From Camelus ferus (taxonomy: Eukaryota), in NCBI RefSeq assembly GCF_009834535.1, contig NC_045696.1, forward strand, positions 53,880,001 to 53,944,000: a stretch of 64,000 nucleotides of DNA, read 5' to 3'. Position numbers and translations under genes: made by a program. The notes under the pieces are model-generated. The model was not told the origin of the DNA. It searched no databases and saw only the letters and a program-made list of their open reading frames with translations. Shown here piece after piece: positions 36,371 through 49,890 of the stretch. Position 1 is the first letter of the stretch; each line of letters opens with the position of its first letter.

Positions 36371-39300
36371 TAATAAGACTTGTTAACTTGCCCTCTTTCA
36401 CATCATATGAGTTAAGGAAATCTACAGCCAAACTAAAGAAAGCCAAGGTACTGCAAGCGATGGGTTTAAAAGAAATACAAAAGAAACAAATTAAAGTTTG
36501 CTGCAAGTGGAAAGATTCAGCTGCTGGTGGCACTTATTTTTGTTCAAGTGTCCAGTGATACTGTGGATTGGTGGAAAATCTATTAAGAATTACTTGATAG
36601 CATCTTTTACGATGTCATTTTCAATAGGACTTCAATTTACATTTTATAAATTATGCAATATTTTATAAAGTAAGTAAAATCTGTTAGTATTCTAAAGTGT
36701 AACACTATATATTTGGCAGCTTAGAGTTTTGAACATATAAATTCACATTCCCTGATTCAGTAATAAGCTTTCCAAAAGGTGAGACCTGTGGAAATGTTGA
36801 AATGAGTTATTCCACCTCCCTGTCAATTTTTTTAAAAAGTAATTTCCACATTAAGTACTATTCACATAAAAACCATAATGGGAATATCTCATATACCCAA
36901 AGCAAATGCTTAAAGTAAGTTAACACTTAATCAGAAATGTTTGTTTTAATCCTTATAGAGATATGAAAGGTAAACTTTCCAATGGCAATTGAAGTGGATT
37001 CTCTCTATTTGTCAGAAGAGTGTACTTTAAGTCTGGGAAAAGGAAGAGGTCCCTTCTAAATACCTCATTAAAACACACTGAGACTCGGTAGGTGGTACCT
37101 TTCCAAACAAGAATAACACAGCCCCTGTGGGATTCGTGTAGGCTTGATGTGGGCTACTATGACACGAACAGTAGAATTTAATTACTTACATGGCAGATGA
37201 CCACTTCCAAGAAGCAGTGAAGTCACTGTTTTGAAGTATTGAAGCCACAGTATTGGATCAAGTTAGCACAGAGAAGATTCTTCACACAATTGGCACTTCA
37301 AAATACCAGACGCTAAGTGGATGCTGTACTCTGATCGGTGCAGAGCAGTCTTCTACTGCATATGTAGACAAAGGGCTTACAGCCTTATTTCTATATTTCA
37401 GTGCATTTCCAATGGTCTCCAGAGATACCTGACTATTCTTAATTCATAAAATATTTCAATTCATTTAAAATGCACCATATGGCTTTTTAAAAAAGATACA
37501 GAGTGAGTGAAACGGGTGAAAGAAATCAACTGTATGGTGACAACTGGTAACAAGACTTGTGGAAATAATCACTTTTAGGAAACAAAATTATACGAAGTAT
37601 GCAATAATAAAGTCATGCATCTTTGAGAACTTTGTTCTTGATTGCATAGAGTATATTGAGAGTAGAGGAAGGGAAAGTTATTAATTACACATAAAAATTC
37701 TACTTCATCCAAACTGCATTTTATGTAGGTTGAGAAAGAGAGAGAGACACTTGTAAGTGGCAAGATAAGGCGCTGGTCCATAGGGTCCTTCCTCATTTTA
37801 ATGGTTGGAAGAGACTTCATGAATAAGGTGAGGAGAGATTTTTAGAATAACTCTAATCAAAAACAAACAAACAAACAAAAAACTATTTAAAGTCATTATT
37901 AAAAATAAGAGAGCTTTTTTTTTTAAACCATGGCAGAAGTTAGTCATGACAAGGAAAGTTGTCATAAAAGACAGCTAATGGAACAGGAGAGGAAAAGAAA
38001 GAAGATACAATGGGCTAGAGACAAAAACGATTTAAAGACACTTTGCAAGGGCTTGTAGGATTTTGGAGGGGATTGTATTTCAGTGGGCCCTTGATGTGTT
38101 ACGGTTGGAAAACACTCCTAAGGCCAACGGGACAGAACTCATTCGCAACAAGCCAAGGGGTGAAAGGGCGCTCTTCAACTTGACTTTGCTCTCCTTTACC
38201 TCAAATGCGTTGATGAAGCCATTGGACCTTAGCGCCTGATTTCCCTCTTGATGTAACAGTCTTTGCTCAGTGTTCAAAGAGAGGGATTGTTAGAGTTCAA
38301 GGAGCAGGAACAAAACAGACAAAATGAGAATAATTTAAAAGGAGAAGCAAAGCCAATCTGATGCTAGTTCATCTTCTCATTTATGCTCTTCTCTCCTTTT
38401 AAACTTTTAAGGCACCCAGCTTTGTCCCAGACTTTTTCTACAGCTTCAAAAAGCAGCTATGAAAAAAAAAAAAAACAAAAAAACTTCTTTCCTAAGGCTC
38501 CTTTATCCTCCCTCCTCTGCCATCAGAATGTGGTCTGAATCCTATCATAAAAGAGAAGTCATATTTAATGAGAAAGTAGGAAGAAGACAGAGATGAAGCA
38601 GGAATCACAGTGGCACAAAAACAGAAAAGGACACTTCTTTCCTTAATAAATATTTATTGCAAGTGTCTGCCAATTACCTTTTAAAGATTTTTTTATACAG
38701 GCCCTATGTCTTTCATCTTTTCCATGTCACAGTTTATTCAAGCCGTGAAAAGTGCATGTGTCAGGTAAATGTTAATTTACATGCAAATTGTATTTGCTAA
38801 CCTTGCCTTTATGTGAAAAAAAAAAAAAGTTCAGAAATTTATTATTTCTCTCATTAATTCCTATTTTTTACAGAATTCAAATACTCAGTATCAGTTGTAA
38901 GTAGAAAAGAGTTTGTTTGGCTTTTGTTTGGCACTTTTACCCCTCCCTGTGCCTTCTAGAAATCTGATTGACTGAAATCAACAAGAGCAATGTCTTCTTT
39001 GGTTGTTTTTCACATGCTCTTTCTGTTTACAGCTGGACCCTGAAAGGATCAACTTCCAGTCCAAATTCATTTGTTTGGTTTACACTTACCTTCGAGGGGT
39101 CCTACTAAATGATCCTGGGAGAAGACCTCTCCAAAGGGTGGGCTGGGACAGGAAAAAGCCAAAGGAGGGAAGAGTAGGAAGGAGGAAGGATCTAATGACA
39201 AAACTAATCATCTAATGATGACTTCAAAACCCATGGTTAAAAACTAGTTTATGTCCCGTTTTCCTTCTAGTAGGAACCTTTGTGTCTACTCCAGTGTGAG

Positions 39301-39874
39301 GAATATCTTCACCTAGACCGAAGTTGAGAACAATTGCTAAGATTAAGGAAGAAATTGTTTAATCAACAAAATATTTTGTCTTCATTTAAGATTTTCAACA
39401 AGAGGAGAAAAATACTACTAATCAGAGACAGATGTGAATTTAGATTTTCCAGAAAATTCTGGCCAGCTGGGGGTTTCTAACCCTTGTTCCCTCCTCCTCA
39501 ATACCTTTCACCCCAAATATGTCATTTCAGAAGATTTAGTTAGTTCTATAAGTAAGAACCAGGCAATTTCATTAAGTTATTGATTTGAAAAGAGAAGAAG
39601 AAATCTTTTCCGGCTACAGAGCAAAGGGAAGGAGCCCAGGAGGGGCTGCCAAGTAAGAGACACTGAAGTGCCCAGGGCTCAGGAACAAAGGAATGATTCC
39701 CAGGGAATGATTCAGGGATTCCCATGAAAATATGGGATTACTATAAATAAGCATAGCAACACATATGGGGTAGCTAGAAAGTAATGATAGTATTTTGAGG
39801 TTGAGAACCAGAGAGTTGCTTGTTTTCATTTCATAAAGGTAAACATGTGCTGCAAAATGCCCAGATCTTATCTT

Positions 39875-40215
39875 TTGCTGATTTATCTGAACGCTGATAA
39901 AACTTAAGCTTCCAAGCTCCTCCCTAGCATAGACTCTGATGAGTGCTGGGAGTTGTGAGATGTTTTCAAGTGACTGAGGAGGTGAAGGAAGGCCAAGTTG
40001 TAAACAGGAGGTGTTTCTCAATGAGTTTTTGGAGAAAATGCCCATAGGGATTTCATGCCTACAGGGATCTCCAAGCCTTCAATAATTTGTGGTTATTTGA
40101 TTCCTAATTCGAGATAAATATTCCCTTTCACAAATGATTTTGAATATGTAATTTTGTATTCTTAAGAGCTCCCCTCAATTTTATAAGCTTCAGGAGTCAA
40201 AAAATCTGAATGACT
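39875..40215 (+). mobile_element. hAT-Tip100 element (MamTip2-like)
   Basis: CTTAAGCTTC..CTGGGAGTTGT..ATCTCCAAGCCTTCAATAATTTGT..GTAATTTTGTATTCTT..TATAAGCTTCAGG. Confidence 0.55.
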
Positions 40216-40949
40216 CACAATATTATGAGTTAATTCTACTTCATGAGTTCAAACTGATTTAAGAACTGATTTTCACTTTTGATGATTGCTTAAAATATTT
40301 TCGGTTTATCCATTTCAATGAAAGAACTATGTTTGTTAAGATGCAGCCATATATGGTTTCAGGGGTAAAAAAAGATTATAGCGTTTATACTGTAATCATG
40401 TTTCCTTAAAACCACCTGGTGGCAGTATCCCTGAAATACAGAATGTAAACAAATGGTTTTATTTGCTTCAAGTGTTAAAACAATGTTTACAAAAGATGAG
40501 GAGAGAAGGCAGAGAAAGCCTTGCGTATATAAAAATAGTAATAAATTGTGTTTTCCTTGTTTATATTGTGATGGTCCTCTACTAAATCAGTCATGAACTT
40601 GATAGAATAAAACCCTGGTTGTATTTCTTACTTTTCCAGGCAATACATGTGGCCTTTTTATATTAAGTATTCAGATTATTTTAAAAGAGATGAAAATAAA
40701 TTCTAGGCAATGAGAAATACTATACTTGGTGCTCATCAATTCTCCACAACTTAAGGGAGGAAGCAGGGATGAACTTTATCTCTCAGGCTATGCACACTCT
40801 TCAGTGCCTCGTGCTTTTAAAGAAAACATGAAAAAATACCAAACGTGATCAGTGATTTCATTATTGCTAGGATTATAAGGTTTTCTTTATCCATTGAAAT
40901 ATCTAGAATTACATTAAAACTTGAAGCTATTAAAAAGCATGCTAATCCT

Positions 40950-41334
40950 GGAGGGTATTATGCTTAGTGAAATAAGTCAGACAGAGAAAGACAAATACTG
41001 TATTATATCACTTATAAGTGGAATCTAAGAAATACAGCAAACTAGTGAATAGAGCAAAAAAGAAACAGACTCATTGATACAGACAACTGGTGGTTACCAG
41101 TGGGGAGAGGGAAGTTGGGGAGCATGATGGGGGTAGAGGATTAAGAGGTGCCAAACTACTATGTATAAAATAAATAAGCTATAAGGATATACTGTACTGT
41201 ACAGGGAATAGAGCCAATATTTTATAATCATAAGTGGAGTATAAGCTTTAAAAATTGTGAATCACTATGTCGTACACCTAAAACTTCTATCATATTATAA
41301 ATCAACTATATCTCAATAGAAAAACAAATGGGGG
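40950..41334 (+). mobile_element. 5'-truncated L1 3' end with about 18-bp TSD
   Basis: TSD AAAAAGCATGCTAATCCT (40932-40949) / AAAAGGCATGTTAATCCT (41335-41352); AGTGAAATAAGTCAGACAGAGAAAGACAAATAC. Confidence 0.9.
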
Positions 41335-42019
41335 AAAAGGCATGTTAATCCTACTCCTTATAATAAATTAATAGTATAATTTGGGAGAAAAAATTATTTC
41401 AGGCTTTTGTCAGTTTCTAGTGATTTCTGTCTCCCATTTTGTGGCAAGCTGGATAACTCTGTGGGGCTTTTACATTGATCCACTAGACTTTCTTGAGCAA
41501 AAAAAGAAGCTCACAGATTCTCTGTGTGCTAAACAGACCGTTGGCAATAGCTAAACAGCTGTTGGCTGTATGATACATATTTGGCTAAAAACAAACCCAT
41601 CTGTATTTAATGCATTATTGCCAAAGTGTAGTAACATGCTGTTTCCAGTCTGAAAACACTGGTACCCTCATGTGAGACGATCAAATTGAAAATCTCACAA
41701 CATGGTTCTTGCACTTCTTGGCCATGCAAGCGGAAAGCCTAGGAGTACGCCCGCGAATGGCAAAATTTGTTTCCAGAGGCTTCAGTTTGGGAGACAAGGA
41801 GGATGGCAGTGGTTAGGCACAGACTAGATCATCTTTTTCTTTGATAGATTATTTTATCTTGCTTTTCAAAAGATTTCCTTAGCATCTGGTGCCTCTTTGT
41901 AAGCGTACTGTAATCTTTATTTGTACTAATCTAAAAAGTGCTATATTCATAATAGAAAAGTTAGAAAATATAAAGAAGGGAAAAAAATCACGCTTTATCC
42001 TGTCACAGCGTTTACTTGG

Positions 42020-42255
42020 ATGTGCCACTTATGAATTAAGTTATTATTTAATGATGCAGGTGCTTACTGTGACTCAATCAATCCATTTCCTGGGATCGTT
42101 GTGGTCTGATGGCAAGTGAGAAAACAGACTGAGAGGTCAGGTAATTTTCTAAGGCTGTTTATCTTTTAAACACTCAAGCAAGGATTGGAACCCTGGTTTG
42201 CATTATTTAGAGCTGAGCACTGGGGCTTTCTCAACTATGTAGCACACTGCCTCTC
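42020..42255 (-). mobile_element. MIR
   Basis: GAGAAAACAGACTGAGAGGTCAGGTAATTTTCTAAGG..GGATTGGAACCC. Confidence 0.6.
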
Positions 42256-43279
42256 ATGAAAATGCACCATCAAAAAAGATGTCCCCAGAGGTCAGTGGAA
42301 TGTAGACAGCTGGTTTTATGATAATTTAATCCACCTGAGATTTAAAAAATTAGACTATACAATAACTACAACTAGAAGCAACAGCTTAGTTTGGTTATGA
42401 GTGAAATACTCACAAATGTACTAAACTGTATCTCTAAACAATTAAATCTGAGATTTCCTAATATCTTTCATTTAAAGAAAAAAATGTGTTAGCTAATGAA
42501 TTTTTTTAAGTTAATTAGTGTAATGGAATTTTCCTCTAAATACTAGCACTTATTTTATTTGACAAAACACTGAACAATTTGGGGGAATTCTTGTAGTTTT
42601 TTCATGATTTGAATAATGCATAGCTTTTTCTCATAATAGGCAAATGTTCAAATCAACCTCAAAGAAATCTTCACCTGCAAAGCTCTAGCTAAATGAGCAT
42701 TTTTCTCTGCCTACCACTAGCACCAGCTTCCACAGTAAACAGTCAACAGCTGGAGTGGTAACAATTCTCAGTGCAGCTAATGAGAGCCCCGTATTTCACA
42801 GCTCAAAGGCTGTAAAATACTTTTCTTTAAAAAAAAATGGATTTACAAAAATCTCACTTCTTTGAGTGTAGACCCAGGGAATGGTTGCTTTTAAAGGAAT
42901 AAAACTCTTTGCACTAATAATCAAGTTCATTGAGCTGTAAAATATAAATGAAGATAATTTATAAAGTGATTGGTTTTGTTATAGGCAATGTCACAATCCC
43001 ATCAAAACAACCAAGATATGTCTGGAGTATGATTACATATAACAATGACTATTTTTAAAACACTATTTCCCCTACTTCTCAAAGGAAAGAAAGAAGGGAT
43101 GGCAACATGATCTATGGAAATGTTCAACTAAATGCTATAAAAATGCATGATAAGGAGAATATATTAGTTCCCAATACACTAGACCATCCTTGAATATATA
43201 TTTTTAAATATGTTGACAAAATGCCGCTTCCCCAGGAAGACATTCTAAATAATTCAAATTAACTCAGAAAAAATGTTTG

Positions 43280-43640
43280 CTGAGTCTTTTGTTTAATTCA
43301 AGTTTCTCTCTTGCTCTCAACTGGTATTTGGTTTTGCTTAAAAATATTTAGGAGAAATACTGCAGGCAACTTTCAGCTTACTCCTAAGGAAGCTCTGGGG
43401 ACGAGTGGAAAGGAGAGCCAGACACAAGGTCATATTAGAGCAGAGTTCAAGTACTCAAAGAGAAAGAGGCAGATGGAAACGGAGAACGACATGGAAGAGG
43501 GACTTGAGGGCAAGAAAGTGAGCAGCAGTGAGGGAGTTGAGGGAGGGCTGAAAGATCAGACCTTCAGAAAGGTAGACTCAGAAGGAGGAAGAGAAAATAG
43601 CAGAGAGGTTGGTAATGTTCCAGAGAGAGGAAAAGGTGGG
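43280..43640 (-). mobile_element. L2 fragment
   Basis: Purine-rich degenerate L2; ORF 43311-43688 is a by-product. Confidence 0.45.
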
Positions 43641-44270
43641 AGAAGAATAAGGTGCAATTCTAGGTGCTATATCCCTTCAGTTCATTAGTCCTCAAAACAA
43701 GAGTCATTGGCATTTATGGTGCAGCATCGTGGGAAGACGGATGCTGCGTCACACTAAGCACTTACCAATTGTGTGACCTTGAAGATGGATCTCAGAGAAG
43801 TTGCCTCAAAGGTAAAACAGGAATTTCTGAGCTTTAAGCTGTGTGAGCTGGCATATGTAGCAGCATCTAATATACTTTATACCTTTTTGATTAATAGTTG
43901 TTTGATTAGTGATAATTAGGCTTCACTTTACAAATACTGGTCTTGAGAGAGGTTCAAGGGTTCCAGCTTGGAAACACTCATCTTGTTTGTTTGCTTTTAA
44001 GGGTGTATAAAACATCTCTACCACAGCCCTAGCCTATTGTGGGTTCTCACTAACTGGTGGCTGTCATTACTATCCTGCACTTTGCTCCAGGATTTGACCG
44101 GGACTCCATCTCTTCTCATCATTCAGAAGTCACCCTAGCATCATCTGATGAGAATTAAGGGAAGTGGTGCTGTGAAAGTCTATCCTTTCTTAGAACATAA
44201 AAAATAGTTTGCTACAAATCAAGGTAACCTATGAATACTGCATACTAGATTTCAAAAAGATATATTAATA

Positions 44271-44725
44271 AAAAAGAAGGAAATAATGCCATTTGCAGTG
44301 ACATGGATAGACCTAAATAATCATCATAGTAAGTGAAGTAAGTCAGACAATGACAAATATTATATAATATCACTTATATGTGGAATCTTTTAAAAAATGA
44401 TACAAATGAGCTTATTTACAGAACAGAAACAGACTCACAGACATACAAAATAAACTTATGGTTACCAAAGGGGAAAGGGAGAGAGGGCAGTAATAAATTA
44501 GGGGTTGACAGATACACACTACAATATATAAAACAGATAAAGAAGAAGGACCTACTGTATAGCACAGAGAGCTTTATTCAGTATCTTGTAATAACCTATA
44601 ATGGACAAGAATCTGAAAAAGAATATATATACATATATATACACACATATCTATAACTGAATCACTTTACTGTACACCCGAAACTAACACATTATAAATC
44701 ACCTATACCTCAACAAAAAAAAATT
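44271..44725 (+). mobile_element. 5'-truncated L1 3' end with about 15-bp TSD
   Basis: TSD AAAGATATATTAATA (44256-44270) / AAAGATACATTCATA (44726-44740); GAAATAATGCCATTTGCAG, GGACCTACTGTATAGCACAG. Confidence 0.9.
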
Positions 44726-44810
44726 AAAGATACATTCATATGGTATTTGAGAGACATTTTCTAATGAACTGTTAAGATGAACTCAAATACAGATGATTAT
44801 GGGTTTGAAA

Positions 44811-45160
44811 CAGCCCTGGCCAACAGAAATGTAATGCGAACTACTCAAGTAATTTTCAATTTCCTAGTAACCACTTTTTTTAATGTTAAAAGAAGCAGGT
44901 GAAATTAATTTGATAATCTGTTTTATTTAAGTAAATGTATCTAAAACATTATCATTTCAATACATAATCAATAGAAAAATTATTGTGATATTTTACCTTT
45001 AAAAAAAATTGTACCAAGCCTTCAAAATCCGGTGTGTATTTTACACCTACAGCACATCTTAATTTGGACAAATCCCATTCCAAGGGCTCAATAGCCACAT
45101 GTTTTGTTGTATATATAAAAGAAATAAGGAGAGCAATAATATAATGAACCAGTGTAGACA
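44811..45160. mobile_element. MER33-like hAT-Charlie element
   Basis: CCAACAGAAATGTAATGCGA..AGGTGAAATTAATTT..AAAATCCGGTGTGTATTTTACAC..CAGCACATCT..GCTCAATAGCCACATG. Confidence 0.85.
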
Positions 45161-45604
45161 TTCAACTTTTTTTTCCCCCAAGTAAGCTAACTAGAGAAGC
45201 AAACTCTCTAAACTTAAAAACCTCTTCATCAAATATTTACTCAAGCCTGGGGCATTTTGTGGCTTGGCTCTTCTGAGAAGAAATCAAAGTCACAAAGTAT
45301 AAACTTCCTTGCCTTCCTCCTCTTTTTCTCAAAATATCTCTGTAACCATATCCTCTTCCCAACTTCTAAACAGCCGAGGGCTTTACCAATTCTCTTTCCT
45401 CATTTCAGTCTCAGAAGAAAAAGTGTTTTCCTTCATTCTAAGACTTAAAGCCCCAACTCCTCTTCCCTCCGCCTGCTTTTTTCATTGCCTCAGTCCATCA
45501 AATTCCGCCTTGTACATCTTCAGACTCACTTGCTACAACGCGAAGTACATGTGACTTCCCTCTCTGCTTTCTTAAACAAACAAGGGCTGTACATACAGAT
45601 AAAC

Positions 45605-48065
45605 CCAAAGCAATTTTAGATCCACAGCAACATTAAGTGGAAGGTACCGACATTTCCTATATACTTCCTACCCCTACATCAGTTATCAACCACATCAACA
45701 TCCCACACCAAAGTGCTACATTTGTTACAATTGATGAACCACAGTGACATGTCATTATCACCCAAAGTGTGCAGCTTACATTAGGGTTCACTCGTGTGAT
45801 TATTCATTCTATGGGTTTTGACAAATGTACACTGACATGTAACCACCACTACTGTATCATACAGAATTGTTTGACTGCCCTATTTAGTGAGTCCTCCCTG
45901 CTCTACCTAGTCATTCTCCCCACCCCTTTTAGTCCCTGGCAACTGCTGATCATTTTACTGTCTCCACAGATTTGCCTTTTCCAGACTGTTATGCAGTTGA
46001 AATTATACAGTATGTAGCCTTTTCAGATTGCCTTCCTTCACTTACTAATATGCATTTAAAGAAGCAAGAATATACAATGGGGAAAAGACAGTCTCTTCAA
46101 TAAATAGTGTTGGGAAAACAGGACCATTTTCTTACACAATATGCAAAAACAAACTCAAAATGAATTAAAGACTTAAATGTAGGACCTGAAACCATAAAAC
46201 TCCCAGGAGCATGCTCTTTAACATCAGTCGATACTTTGTAGCAATATTTTTTTTGGATTTGGCTCCTCAGGCAGGGGCAACAAAAGCTAAAATATACGAA
46301 TGGAATTACATCAAACTAAAAAGCTTTTGCACAGTGAAGGAAACTCATCAACAAAACAAAAAGGCCACCTACTGAATTGAAGAAAATATTTGCAAGCGAT
46401 ATATTCAATAAGGGGAACATTCATATCATGATTTGAATATTAACACAACTCAAACAATCAGATTAAAAGCTGGGCAGAGGACCTGAATATACATTTCTCC
46501 AAGAAGACATACAAATGGCCAACAGACAGATGAAAGGATATTAATATTACTCATCTGGGAAATGTTAATGAAAGCCACAATAAGGTATCACCTTACAGCT
46601 GTCAGAATGGCTACCATCAAAAAGACAACAAATAACAAGTGCTAGTGAGGATTTGGAGAAGAGGGAAACCTCATGCACTGTGGTGAGAATATAAATTGGT
46701 GCAGCCACTATGAAAAACAAAATGGAAGTGCCTCAAAAAATTAAAAATAGAACTACCATACGATCTAGCAATCCTACTTCTGGGTATTTGTCTAAAGAAA
46801 ACAAAAACACTTTAAAAAAAAGTCACACACCCCTATGTTCACTGCAGCATTATTTACAATAGCCAAGATATGGAAGCAATCTAAATGTCTAGTGATATAT
46901 GAATGGATAAAGATATGGGTTATACACACACACATACATATAGAATGGAATATCACTTGGCCACAAAAAGAATGAAATCTTGCCATTTGTCACACAATGG
47001 ATGGGGCTAGACGGTATTATACTAAGTGAAATAAGTCAGACAGAGAAAGACAAATACCACATGATCTCACTTATATGTGGAATCTAAAAAGTGAAACAAA
47101 CAAAACAAAGCAGAAACAGACTCATAGATGCAGAGAGCAAACTGGTGGTTGCCAATAGGAAGTGGGTTGAGAAGTAAGAAATACAAACTCCCAGTTATAA
47201 AATAAGTAAGTTATGGAGATGTAATATACAGCATAAAATATTGTCACTAATATTTTAATAATTTTGCATGGTTACAGATGGTCAATCATGGTCCATCACT
47301 GGACTTGTGGTGATGGTCTTAGAATGTATTTGACTGTCAGATCACTATGTTATACATCTGCAACTAACATAATATTGTACACCAACTATACTTTAGTTAA
47401 AAAAAAAATTCATTTAAGTTTTCTCCCTGACTTTCTATGACTTGATAGCTCATTTCTTTTTAGCACTTAATAATATTCCATTGTCTGGATGTACCACAGT
47501 ATTTATTCATTCAACTACTCAGGGACATCTTGGTTGCTTCAAAATTTGGGCAGCTATGAATAAAGCTGCTACAAACATCCATGTGCAGATTTTTGTGTGG
47601 ACATAAGTTTTCAACTCATTATACCAAGGGGCATAATTGCTGGATTGTATGGTAAGACTATGTTTAGTTTTGTAAGAAACTGCCAAACTGTCTTCCAAAA
47701 TGGCTGTACCATTCTGCATTCTCATCAGCAGAGAATGAGAGTTCCTATTGCACCACATCCTTGCCAGAATTTGGTGTTGGCAATGTTTTGGATTTTTGTC
47801 ATTCTAATAGGTTTGTAGAGGTATTGCATTGCTTTAATTTGCAATTCTCTAATGACATATAATGTTGAGCATCTTTTCATATGCTTACCTGTCATTTGTA
47901 CAGCTTTTTTGGTAAAGTGTCTGCTCAGGTTTTTTGCCTATTTTTTCATCCGGTTTTTCGTTTGTTTGTTTGTTTTACTATTGAATTTTGCGTTCTTTGT
48001 TTATTTTGGATAATAGCCTTTTACTAGGTAAGTCTTTTGCAAATAATTTCTTCCAGTTTCTGGTC
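45605..48065 (-). mobile_element. L1MC1-like 3' end, split by a younger sense L1 at 46060-47405
   Basis: CATTTGTTACAATTGATGAACC..CATTATCACCCAAAG..TACATTAGGGTTCACTC; host resumes CATTTAAGTTTTCTCC at 47411. Confidence 0.85.
46060..47405 (+). mobile_element. L1 (L1MA9-like) ORF2 3' part plus 3' UTR
   Basis: AAAAGACAGTCTCTTCAATAAAT, ACATCAAACTAAAAAGCTTTTGCACAG, CAGCATTATTTACAATAGCCAAGATATGGAAGCAA, poly-A; flanking CATTTAA duplicated. Confidence 0.9.
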
Positions 48066-48290
48066 TCACTGTTTCTTAATTTTTGGATAACTGTCCCATC
48101 CCATTTATTCCCATGAAATTGCTTTTCTCAAGGTTGGCAGTAATAATCTCATTGCAAAGAAAAACTGATTGGTGAGAGTTACACAGCTGTAAATATATTT
48201 TAAAACCATTGAATCATGCACTTTAAATGTGTGAATTGCATGATCTGTGATGAGTTATAACTCAGTAAATGTGATACATATATATACATG

Positions 48291-48372
48291 TATATTATAT
48301 ATTATATTATATTATATTATATTATATTATATTATATTATATTATATTATATTATATTCATATATTATATAT
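48291..48372. repeat. (ATTAT)n pentanucleotide microsatellite
   Basis: 11 perfect ATTAT units at 48301-48355 plus degenerate flanks. Confidence 0.95.
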
Positions 48373-49169
48373 TTGTGTGTGTTTGTTGAGAGAGGAAGAA
48401 ACAAATAGATTTTCTCATCCATCTCTCCTTGACCTCACTGCTGTTTCCCGTGTGTCCTTCATCCCGCACATGTCTGAGTCACCCTCATCCCGTGGTTTCT
48501 GTTGTGCCACACTATTCTAGTTCTCCTGTCCCTCTGATTGCTTCTGCCCCACAGTCTGTGACAGAGACTTGCCACTAGCTCTTCTTCCTTCTTAACTCCA
48601 TTAAATTTGGAGACTTTAAAAAAGATCTATGTTTCCCCTCTTTTGTATATTCTGTTACCCATTATCTCCTCAATTATCATTGCTCTTTTTAATTAGACCT
48701 GTGTACATGTCTCCTATCATGATCCTACTGCTAAAACTGAAACTTGATTCTGCTCACCAGCTTTGCCAGGACATCCCTAATTACAGGTTAATGTGGCCTC
48801 TACCTGTCAGATAATTGTTCCACTGAACTTACGTCTCTTTAAGTCTCTCCTGGGGGAAGAAGATTATGGAATCAAAATTTGGGTGGATAGAGTCACACTG
48901 TTGGAACTACAGCCTCAGAAAAAGGCAGGCCTTTGAAACAATGAAAACACAATGGTTTAGACAGTAAATGGCATTTTAACCCAAACTACTGAGACTTTCA
49001 TTTTTCTTTCTCTGCAGAACTCACCTTCTTGACTTCCTAACATCCAGTTCACTCTTCAGCTCATTGAAATCTGGCTTTCACTTAAACCACTTTTCTGAAA
49101 CCATTTTGGCATCAAGATGACCTCACTGCAAAACCCACAGACAGTTCAATCCTTATCGTTTTCTTCCCT

Positions 49170-49890
49170 TCCAGTTTTATTGAGATATTATTGACATAGA
49201 GCACTGTGTAAATTTAAGGTGTACAGCACAATACATATGCTGTAAGACTTCACTTACATACATTATGAAATGGTTATCACAGCAAGTTTAGTGAACATCC
49301 ATTATCTCCTATAGATAGAAAATTAAATAAATTTGAAAATAAAAATTCCTTGTGTGAGAACCTTTGTATGTAACATAAAGCAGTTATATTATATTTGCCA
49401 TGTTGTACATTACATCCCTAGTACTTATTCATCTTATAACTGGAAGTTTGTAACTTTTTCTCTTTTTTTGGTGGGGGAGGTGATTAGGTTCACGTGTCTA
49501 CTTACTTGATGGAGGTACTGGGGATGGAACCCAGGACCTCATGAATGCTAAGCAAGTCCTCTATCACTAAGCTATACCCTCCCTCCAAAAGTTTGTAACT
49601 CTTCACTACCTTCATCCAATTACCCCTCACCTCTAGTAACCACAAATTCTGATCTCTTTTTCCATGAGTTTGTTCATTTGCTTCTGAAATATAATTGGCC
49701 TACAACACTATGTTAGTTCCTGGTACACAACATAGTGATTCAATATTTCTATACATTTCAAAATGATCACCACTATAAGGCTAGCTCTGATGTCATCAGA
49801 CAAGGATATTACCCAGTTATTGGCTATATCACCCACACTGTACATTTCATACCTGGGACTCATTTATTTTGCAACTGGAAGTTTAGCCCT
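49170..49890 (-). mobile_element. L1 3' end (Laurasiatherian type with duplicated 3' segment)
   Basis: TTTTATTGAGATA..TTTAAGGTGTACAGCA..CTTATAACTGGAAGTTTGTA..GTAACCACAAA..CAACATAGTGATTCAATATT. Confidence 0.85.
49456..49588 (-). mobile_element. vic-1-type SINE nested in L1, 12-bp TSD
   Basis: TSD AAGTTTGTAACT at 49444-49455 and 49589-49600; GGAGGTACTGGGGATGGAACCCAGGACCTC..GCTAAGC..GCTATACCCTCCC. Confidence 0.92.

Noticed and set aside
43721..43747. Hairpin GCAGCATCGT-GGGAAG-ACGGATGCTGC
   Set aside because: Too short for a pre-miRNA and lies in a MIR 5' remnant
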